From contig JANRIL010000006.1 in the NCBI GenBank assembly GCA_033764955.1, forward strand, positions 49,710 through 113,709: DNA of 64,000 nt, written 5' to 3'. The position numbers and the translations under genes are program-made. The notes under the pieces were generated by a model, which saw nothing but the letters and a program-made list of their open reading frames with translations, did not search any database and had not been told where the DNA came from. Origin of the DNA: Cyanobacteriota bacterium (GTDB taxonomy: Bacteria > Cyanobacteriota > Cyanobacteriia > Thermostichales > Thermostichaceae). Shown here piece after piece: positions 53,778 to 61,165 of the stretch; the stretch's first letter is position 1, and each line of letters opens with the position of its first letter.

Positions 53778-53875
53778 CCATAACAACTGCGTTCACTTGC
53801 CAAACTGCCTGCAAGGAAGGCGATGTCTTGAAAAAACGTGGTGCTAGCTCGGTCAAGTGCAAGGCTTTGTTAGCC
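53778..53875 (-). mobile_element. attC: integron attC recombination site (98 bp)
   Basis: Minus strand R'' GGCTAAC, AAAGC, L'' CTTGCACT, TGACC...GGCA, L' AGTGAAC, GCAGTT, R' GTTATGG; two unpaired bases; the gene stop codon lies inside R''. Confidence 0.82.
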
Positions 53876-54448
53876 TCCCGTCGCCGCCTTTCGGGCAGAA
53901 CTGAGTCGGTCACGGGAGGCATCATCTGTTTCGTCGTGGTCGGCGCACATGGTGGCAAAGTCCGGTGTTCGTGCCAAATGATTCAGAACGCTTGATTCTT
54001 CGATTTGAACCAGTACGCGACAGGCCATGACCATGAACTGTTCACAGACCGATTCGTCCTCGTTGCGTGCATCTTCAATTTTCGTGCGAATCGGATTCCA
54101 ACCCTTTCGCCACTCATTCCAACGATTGATATTTCGGTAACCCCAGTCGCCAGGCGACCATCGGAGTTTTTCTTCAATCTCGGCCACAGTCTCTCTCGCA
54201 TACAAGTCGGGAGGCACTGCCGATCCCCGAATACTCTGCAAGTCATTCTTGTAGGTTTCGGCTCTATGGCGGAGTAGTGCGGGCGTATTCAAGCATAGGT
54301 TCACTTCGCCGTAGTTTGAGTCGCAATCTAGAAAAAGGCCGTAGAACTCCTCAGATCGATGCTGAGGGGCAAATGCTTCAATATCATCCCACACCAGAGC
54401 AAAAAGTGTTGCCTGAATAGGTCGCCAATCAATCATGGGGACAACCAT
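53870..54448 (-). CDS. DUF4303-like protein carried as an integron gene cassette
   Basis: EEFYGLFLD, LCLNT, LRWSPGDWGY, HDE pattern; flanked by attI-like and attC sites. Confidence 0.75.
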   Translation of the reverse strand: MVVPMIDWRPIQATLFALVWDDIEAFAPQHRSEEFYGLFLDCDSNYGEVNLCLNTPALLRHRAETYKNDLQSIRGSAVPPDLYARETVAEIEEKLRWSPGDWGYRNINRWNEWRKGWNPIRTKIEDARNEDESVCEQFMVMACRVLVQIEESSVLNHLARTPDFATMCADHDETDDASRDRLSSARKAATGG

Positions 54449-54457
54449 TATTTAGGA

Positions 54458-54476
54458 AGCTAACTGAGTATTAGAC
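54458..54476 (-). mobile_element. attI: attI-like simple site
   Basis: Minus strand L box GTCTAAT, 5 bp ACTCA, R box GTTAGCT, ending 9 bp before the cassette ATG. Confidence 0.65.
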
Positions 54477-54593
54477 AGCCAAACGCAGTTTAATACCCCT
54501 CTAATGTATATTAGGCCTGCGAGATCTATGCCATAACACCCCGATTTAGTGTTTTAGATGGCAAAGCTCAGCCATTTTCTAGAAGTAACCTCC

Positions 54594-54708
54594 ATGGCGT
54601 CACCGCCTAAGATTCCCAAAAAGCTGGTTAGAGACAGCAAGGATAGTCTCTACAATCATTGAACGTTAGCTCAGGATGCTATCCCGTGTGGATAAACCAT
54701 CATTCCTA
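54594..54708 (+). pseudogene. possible degraded 5' fragment of an integron integrase gene
   Basis: MASPPKIPKKL / LETAR / YPVWI across frameshifts, divergent from attI and cut by the MITE. Confidence 0.4.
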
Positions 54709-54838
54709 GGGCGCGTCATCAATTCGTTCTAGAAGTCTAGTCTTACAGCATAAGCGTTATTGCGCCCGCCCCAGAAAACAGGCTAGGGGCTGAAACAACT
54801 GCTCTATCAGTAACCTACAGCTAATTGATGACACCCCC
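54709..54838. mobile_element. 130-bp MITE with 16-bp imperfect TIRs and TA flanks
   Basis: TA|GGGCGCGTCATCAATT ... AATTGATGACACCCCC|TA (14/16 complementary); non-coding. Confidence 0.78.
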
Positions 54839-56469
54839 TAAGGCAAGACGGAAAGAGCCAGTTCCCCTGAGAGTGAGGCTAGCGGGGATCCCTCGACAGT
54901 CTGCATATCCTGTTGCAAAACAGCCACCAGTTGGTTGGTGGAAACCTCATATACCTGAGTCATCAGCTTGGGATAAAGACCAATCCCCACAATGGGGATA
55001 AGCAGACAGGCAATGATAAACACTTCGCGGGGTTCCGCATCAATCAAGGCTTCGTGCTCGGTTAACTCATGATTTTCGGGGCCAAAGAAAATTTGCCGCA
55101 ACATCGACAGCAAATAGATCGGAGTCAGGATCACTCCCACCGCCGCCAAAAAGACCATCGCCACCTTAAAGGGGCCACTGTAGGCATCACTGGTTGCCAT
55201 CCCCAAAAACACCATGATCTCCGCCACAAAGCCACTCATCCCCGGTAGCGCCAGAGAAGCCAGGGAGCAAACGGTAAACATCGAGAAGATCTTGGGCATT
55301 TTTAGGCCAACTCCCCCCATTTCCTCCAGTTCTAGGGTATGGGTGCGGTCGTAGGTGGCTCCCACCAAGAAAAAGAGACTGGCTCCGATTAGCCCGTGGG
55401 AGATCATCTGCAACATCGCTCCACTCATGCCAATTTCTGTCAAACAACCCATACCAATCAGGACAAAGCCCATGTGGCTAATCGACGAATAGGCAATCTT
55501 CCGCTTGAGGTTGCGCTGAGCAAAGGAGGTAAGTGCCGCAAAAATAATATTGACCACCCCCAAAACAATCAAAACGGGGGCAAAGATCAAATGGGCATCC
55601 GGTAACATCCCCACATTCATCCGCAGCAGGGCATATCCCCCCATTTTGAGAAGGATGCCAGCCAGCAACATGTGAACCGGAGCCGTTGCCTCGCCGTGGG
55701 CATCCGGCAACCATGTGTGCAGAGGAAAAATGGGCAATTTCACCCCATAAGCCACCAAAAAGCCCCCATACACCCATAGCTGAAAGACGAGGGGATAGGA
55801 CTTTTGGGAGAGCAGCGTCATGTTAAAGCTAATGGTGTCGCCATAAAAGGCCATAGCCAACGCCGCCACCAAAATAAACAGAGAACTGAGAGCGGTGTAG
55901 AGAATGAACTTGGTAGCGGCATAAAGGCGGTTTTTGCCCCCCCAAATCGACAGCAACAAATAGACTGGAATCAGTTCCAGTTCCCACATTAAGAAAAACA
56001 GCAACATATCCTGAACGGCAAAAACCCCAATCTGACCGCCATACATCGCCAACATCAGAAAGTAAAAAAGGCGGGGCTTCCAGGTAACAGGCCAAGAGGC
56101 CAGGATTGCCAGGGTGGTAATAAATCCGGTCAACAGAATCAAGGGCATCGACAAGCCATCCGCTCCTACCGACCAACTCAATCCGACCTGGGGCACCCAG
56201 CTATAGGTTTCCACCAGTTGCATTTCACTCTGGCCAGGATCATAGGCAACATAATAGCCGGCTACCAAAATCAGCAGATCCGTAATGCCGATCACTAGTG
56301 CAAACCAGCGAATCCGCTCGGCTAACTTTTGGGCATACGCGCGGCTCTGGGGATCCCCGGCAGGAGCCGGGATCAAGGGGATAAACAGAGACGCCACAAC
56401 GGGATAGAGAATCACCGTCGTCAGCCAGGGAAACTCACTCAGGGGTATCGGGAAGTCCATAAAAGCCAT
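54838..56469 (-). CDS. ndhD: NAD(P)H-quinone oxidoreductase subunit 4 (NdhD1-type)
   Basis: [50 protein letters not shown]. Confidence 0.95.
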   Translation of the reverse strand: MAFMDFPIPLSEFPWLTTVILYPVVASLFIPLIPAPAGDPQSRAYAQKLAERIRWFALVIGITDLLILVAGYYVAYDPGQSEMQLVETYSWVPQVGLSWSVGADGLSMPLILLTGFITTLAILASWPVTWKPRLFYFLMLAMYGGQIGVFAVQDMLLFFLMWELELIPVYLLLSIWGGKNRLYAATKFILYTALSSLFILVAALAMAFYGDTISFNMTLLSQKSYPLVFQLWVYGGFLVAYGVKLPIFPLHTWLPDAHGEATAPVHMLLAGILLKMGGYALLRMNVGMLPDAHLIFAPVLIVLGVVNIIFAALTSFAQRNLKRKIAYSSISHMGFVLIGMGCLTEIGMSGAMLQMISHGLIGASLFFLVGATYDRTHTLELEEMGGVGLKMPKIFSMFTVCSLASLALPGMSGFVAEIMVFLGMATSDAYSGPFKVAMVFLAAVGVILTPIYLLSMLRQIFFGPENHELTEHEALIDAEPREVFIIACLLIPIVGIGLYPKLMTQVYEVSTNQLVAVLQQDMQTVEGSPLASLSGELALSVLP

Positions 56470-56581
56470 CCTTCGGTTCAGTCTGCTCCGTTCACACACT
56501 CACACAAACTTTTACACACTATTCACACAAGACTCAGATTGCCTCATCTTGATTCCGATTGGGCCGCATTCCAAGCATCTC

Positions 56582-57331
56582 TTAAGGTAGCTGGTCGGGA
56601 TCCAACCCTTGACTCCGTAAATACGCCGCTAGTTTGTCCGCCCGTTGGCGCTCCTGCTCAGCTCGTTGGCGCTCCTGTTCAACTTTTTCTACCCCCCACG
56701 GCAACAGCTCGCCACTGGCATCCCACCAGCGCAGCCAATACCCCACTCGTCCCTCTTTTTCCCCCTGCCAGACCCCCAAAAATAACCCCATTGGTTCTAG
56801 CCAAAAGCGGTGCTGGCTATCTTTATCCAGAGGTTGATAGCGACCTGCTTCTAGTTGATGGACTTCCAGATGGCCGGTTGTGGGTTCAAACAGCACATAA
56901 AGCGGGATCCCCAAAACCTGCTCGTAGAAAAACCACTTGCCGGGGGGATAGGTGCGCTTGACGGAGTATTCCGTTCCCTCGGTTTCGGAGAGAAACTCCA
57001 TGACCAAGGCGGGTGTGGATCCCTCTAGGTGAGGGGTATAGCTGCGCCGATCTCCAGCCTGGGGTGGCACGTTGGGGATGAACACCCAGTCGGGAGCTTT
57101 GATCACCATTTGCTGGTTGAGGGTGGCACAGAGACCGAAGTTGGAGGCCACCAGCATCTCAGGGCGGAGATAGCCTGCTAACTCCAGAGCTTCCCGCAAG
57201 GCTCCCGCCAGCAGGGGCTGACCCGTGTTGTCCACTGGTTCCTCCTGCAAAGGAATGTCGTCAGGGAACTTCTGCCAGGTGATCTGAAGGGGCGGAGCAA
57301 ATTGCGCCACCGGTAGAGAACTGACAACCAT
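56582..57331 (-). CDS. Uma2-family endonuclease
   Basis: KAPDW, VMEFLS, GKWFFYEQVL, WLRWWD; EQERQRA tail. Confidence 0.9.
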   Translation of the reverse strand: MVVSSLPVAQFAPPLQITWQKFPDDIPLQEEPVDNTGQPLLAGALREALELAGYLRPEMLVASNFGLCATLNQQMVIKAPDWVFIPNVPPQAGDRRSYTPHLEGSTPALVMEFLSETEGTEYSVKRTYPPGKWFFYEQVLGIPLYVLFEPTTGHLEVHQLEAGRYQPLDKDSQHRFWLEPMGLFLGVWQGEKEGRVGYWLRWWDASGELLPWGVEKVEQERQRAEQERQRADKLAAYLRSQGLDPDQLP

Positions 57332-57414
57332 GACCTTCACCTCTCCGATATGAGCTGGAGCCGTTCAACTGGGGGAGAGCGGGTAGATGGTAAAAGGGGG
57401 ATCCCCCCACCCCT

Positions 57415-59574
57415 CTAAAAGCCGATGCCAGAAATCACCACCATCAGCACAATGGCACTAAAAATGACCAGGGCATAAAACTGGGCTTTGCCGCTCTCCA
57501 AATACTTCATGGTTTCCCCCGATACCACCGCCAGTAGGCCAGCCAAATTGACTACCCCATCCACAATGCGATTATCGACTTCCAGAGCTTCACGAGCCAC
57601 CAAGCGGGTACCTTTGACAAACAACCGCTCATAAATCTGGTCAAAATACCACTTGTTGAGGGAGAGGTCATAAAGAGGTTGGATGGCTTTGGCAATGGCT
57701 GCCGGATCTATCTGATGGCGCAGATACATCAAAATAGCCAAAGAAATGCCGATCAAGCCAATGCCAACGGAGCTACCGCCCATGATCAAAAATTCTGACC
57801 AATCAAACTCACCCGCTAAGACCTCCGCCCACTCCTGTGCCACCTCCGGCAAGATGGATCCCGTTTCGATCACTTCGGCCAGGGGAGGATGAATGAAAGC
57901 CTCAAAGTAGTTGGCAAAGGGAGTGCCCACTAAACCAATCAGCACAGAAGGGATCGCCAAGATCACTAAGGGCAGGGTCATCGACCAGGGAGACTCGTGG
58001 GGCTGGGAGGCATGGGCGTGTCCGTGGTCGGCATGGCTATCATGGCTGGAGCCATGTCCAGAATGGGGCTTCTCCTGAATGTCCATCGCCCCAGGTCCAA
58101 AGGCAGTGGATCCCGCTTGCGCTAGGGCAAAACTGAAGGCAGGCACCGGCTGACCCTGGCTATGGGCAACTTGCTCCTTGAGGAGATCGTTGGTGCCACG
58201 AAATTTGCCCTCAAAGGTGAGGAAGTACATCCGAAACATGTAGAAAGCCGTGATACCCGCTGTCAAAAAGCCAATTCCCCAGAGGGCGGGGTTATGCTCA
58301 AACACGGATCCTAAAATCTCATCCTTTGACCAAAAGCCGGCGAAGGGCGGGATCCCACAAATGGCCAATGTGCCGATCAAAAAGGTGGTGGCGGTAATCG
58401 GCATATAGCGGCGCAATCCTCCCATCACTCGCATATCTTGAGCCAGGGCAGGGTTGTGACCGACCACGGCTTCCATGCCATGAATGACGGAACCGGATCC
58501 CAAGAAGAGCATGGCTTTGAAATAAGCATGGGTCATCAGGTGAAATAGCCCCGCTCCATAGGCTCCGGATCCCATCGCCATCACCATATAGCCCAGCTGA
58601 GAAATGGTGGAATAGGCCAAGCCCTTTTTGATGTCGTTTTGGGTAATGGCGATGCTGGCTCCCAAAAAAGCGGTGGTTGCTCCCGTCCAGGCAATCGTCT
58701 CCATCGCTAAGGGCACTTGCTCAAACACCGGAAACATGCGGGCGATTAAAAAGACTCCAGCAGCCACCATGGTCGCGGCGTGGATCAAAGCCGAGATAGG
58801 GGTAGGTCCTTCCATGGCATCGGGCAACCAGACATGCAAGGGAAACTGGGCCGATTTGGCCACAGGCCCTAAAAACACCATGATGGCGAATAAAGCCACC
58901 AATCCAGCGCTGACCAAACCGGATTCCGTCGCCTGTCGCAAAACTTCTCCCATCCGCTCAAACTCAAACGTGCCCGTAATCCAATAGAGACCCAGCAAAC
59001 CCAAGAGCAGGCCAAAATCTCCGACACGGTTGGTGACAAACGCTTTTTGAGCGGCTTCGGCGGCAGCCGGACGATCATGCCAAAAGCCAATCAGCAGATA
59101 GGAACACATGCCCACCAGCTCCCAAAACACGTAGATCTGCACCAAGTTGGGGCTGATCACCAAACCCAACATGGAAGAACTAAAAAGACTGAGATAGGCA
59201 TAGAACCTGACATAACCAGGATCATGCGCCATGTAGCCATCGGTATAAATCATCACCAAGAAAGCTACGGTTGTCACCACCACCAGCATCACGGCAGCCA
59301 GATGATCCACCGAAAAGCCCATTTGCACCACAAAGGATCCGGCTTGTGCCCAGGTAAAGGTTTGCAGATAGTCGGCATGTCCCTGAACTTGGCTGACCAG
59401 AATGGCAAAGGCATGAACCATAGCGGCTCCTACCAAAAACACGCTGACAAAAGCCGCCAGAGAACGGTTGGCGCGAATCCAGGTATTGAAGGTGAGGATG
59501 CCGATCCCCAGCAGGAATGCTCCCAGCAAGGGATAGACCGGAATCAACCAGGCAAATTGATAGGCAAGTTCCAT
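57415..59574 (-). CDS. ndhF: NAD(P)H-quinone oxidoreductase subunit 5 (NdhF1-type)
   Basis: YQFAWLIP, YTDGYMAHDPGYVRF, KSAQFPLHVWLPDAMEGPTP, PHESP, NKWYFD. Confidence 0.96.
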   Translation of the reverse strand: MELAYQFAWLIPVYPLLGAFLLGIGILTFNTWIRANRSLAAFVSVFLVGAAMVHAFAILVSQVQGHADYLQTFTWAQAGSFVVQMGFSVDHLAAVMLVVVTTVAFLVMIYTDGYMAHDPGYVRFYAYLSLFSSSMLGLVISPNLVQIYVFWELVGMCSYLLIGFWHDRPAAAEAAQKAFVTNRVGDFGLLLGLLGLYWITGTFEFERMGEVLRQATESGLVSAGLVALFAIMVFLGPVAKSAQFPLHVWLPDAMEGPTPISALIHAATMVAAGVFLIARMFPVFEQVPLAMETIAWTGATTAFLGASIAITQNDIKKGLAYSTISQLGYMVMAMGSGAYGAGLFHLMTHAYFKAMLFLGSGSVIHGMEAVVGHNPALAQDMRVMGGLRRYMPITATTFLIGTLAICGIPPFAGFWSKDEILGSVFEHNPALWGIGFLTAGITAFYMFRMYFLTFEGKFRGTNDLLKEQVAHSQGQPVPAFSFALAQAGSTAFGPGAMDIQEKPHSGHGSSHDSHADHGHAHASQPHESPWSMTLPLVILAIPSVLIGLVGTPFANYFEAFIHPPLAEVIETGSILPEVAQEWAEVLAGEFDWSEFLIMGGSSVGIGLIGISLAILMYLRHQIDPAAIAKAIQPLYDLSLNKWYFDQIYERLFVKGTRLVAREALEVDNRIVDGVVNLAGLLAVVSGETMKYLESGKAQFYALVIFSAIVLMVVISGIGF

Positions 59575-59709
59575 AGGAATATTGTCCGCAGAAGGGTCGG
59601 GTTAGTGAGCCTACGATAGGCATCATTGTAAACTTTTAACAAGATCGAGGGAAGCCCAATTATACGGAATAAACCAGCCGCACTCCTGCTCCTAGCGGTG
59701 GGATCCCGG

Positions 59710-61143
59710 TTAGGGAGAGGGGGCTGTGGTCGGGGTGGGCAAGGGGGCAATCTGTTGCAGTTGTCTCAGTTCTTGGTTGAGGGTTTGCACAATATCGAGG
59801 GAGGGAGCCTGACTGACGGCCATTTGCAAGGAGGCAATAGCGGCATCCTGCTGCCCCTTGAGGGCTTGAGCAATGCTCAGGTTACGATGGGCTTGCCAAT
59901 AGGTCTTATCCAGTTGAATGGCCTGTTGCCACTGTTGAATGGCTTGATCCACCTGCTCCTGCTGAAAATAGATCGCCCCCAAAATGTTGTGGGCTTCGGG
60001 ACGGTTGGGATCCCGTTCCAAGGCGGTTGTGATCGTGGACAAGGCTTGGGAGGTTTGTCCCTGAGCCAGATAAACTTCCGCTAAATTGGCATGAACCAAA
60101 GGGACGATGGGGCTGGGCTGGGTGGCATCCACAAGCTTGGTTTGAGCCAACGCTGCCTCCAGATATTGACGAGCTTTTCCCCAGTCTTGGCGATCCGCCG
60201 CCAAAACCCCCAGATCGTTCCATACCTCAGCCGCAAACTGGGGATCCACAACGCCACTGCTGACTTGCAGTTGAGAGGCGGTGGGATCCGGCAGCGATCC
60301 GCTCGTTTGGCTAATCTGCAAAACCCGTTGCAACGCGGCATCCGCCATCTCCACCTGATCCATTTGATAGGCTAAACGCGCCAAAACCAGAAAATCATTG
60401 GGATTTGACCAATCCCAGGGTAAGCGATCCAAAAAAACCGCCGCCTGATCCGCTACGCCTAACTTGGCTAGGGCGCGTCCGGCTTCTGCTGAATACATCC
60501 CCACATTGGGATCCAGGCGAGCCGCTCGTTGAAAGGCTTCCAGGGAGCGGGATCCCTCCCCCGACTGCCAATAGGCAATCGCCAACCGATAATAGCCCAG
60601 GGCATTGGGAAGCTGTTGGGTATAGGAGAGATAGGACTGAACCGCTCTCGACCACTGCTGCAAATTTTCGTAGGCAATCCCCTGATAAAGAAGAAGGGCA
60701 GGCTCTTCTGGGATCCGTGTCTCGGCTTCCAACAGCACCGCTAACGCTTCTGCCCAGCGCTGCTCCAGCAAAAGCGCCAGACCCAAGTTGACATACACCG
60801 GATTAAGGCTGGGATCCAACTGCAATGTCCGTTGGTAAGCGACGATCGCTCCCGCCAGATCCCCCTGACGGCGCAGGGCTACCCCTAGGTTGTTGTGCAG
60901 GCTGGCGTTGTTGGGTTCGGCAGCCACCGCCTGTTGGTAGAGATCCACCGCTTTTGACCAATTTTGCTGTTCCGCCGCCGCCATCGCTTCCATGACGATC
61001 TCGGCTACCGGAGCGGCGCAAACAACCCCCCAAGATCCCAAGCTGGCGGATCCCCACAGGAGGCTGGCAAGAATGATAGGGATCCCGACCTGAGTGAGTG
61101 GATGTGGTCGGAGCCAACAACGATAGGATAGCTGTCTAGTCAT
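59710..61143 (-). CDS. tetratricopeptide repeat protein, probably exported
   Basis: Multiple TPR units (HNNLGVAL, YVNLGLAL, HANLAEVY, HNILGAIY) after a hydrophobic N-terminus. ATG 61143 avoids the overlap with the upstream gene. Confidence 0.88.
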   Translation of the reverse strand: MTRQLSYRCWLRPHPLTQVGIPIILASLLWGSASLGSWGVVCAAPVAEIVMEAMAAAEQQNWSKAVDLYQQAVAAEPNNASLHNNLGVALRRQGDLAGAIVAYQRTLQLDPSLNPVYVNLGLALLLEQRWAEALAVLLEAETRIPEEPALLLYQGIAYENLQQWSRAVQSYLSYTQQLPNALGYYRLAIAYWQSGEGSRSLEAFQRAARLDPNVGMYSAEAGRALAKLGVADQAAVFLDRLPWDWSNPNDFLVLARLAYQMDQVEMADAALQRVLQISQTSGSLPDPTASQLQVSSGVVDPQFAAEVWNDLGVLAADRQDWGKARQYLEAALAQTKLVDATQPSPIVPLVHANLAEVYLAQGQTSQALSTITTALERDPNRPEAHNILGAIYFQQEQVDQAIQQWQQAIQLDKTYWQAHRNLSIAQALKGQQDAAIASLQMAVSQAPSLDIVQTLNQELRQLQQIAPLPTPTTAPSP

Positions 61144-61165
61144 GGCGCTGTTCTCCGGTTGTCTC

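Noticed and set aside
53540..54880. Absence of GGATCC as proof of foreign origin
   Set aside because: Gaps of similar length occur in core genes such as ndhD and the atp operon, so this is only weak support.
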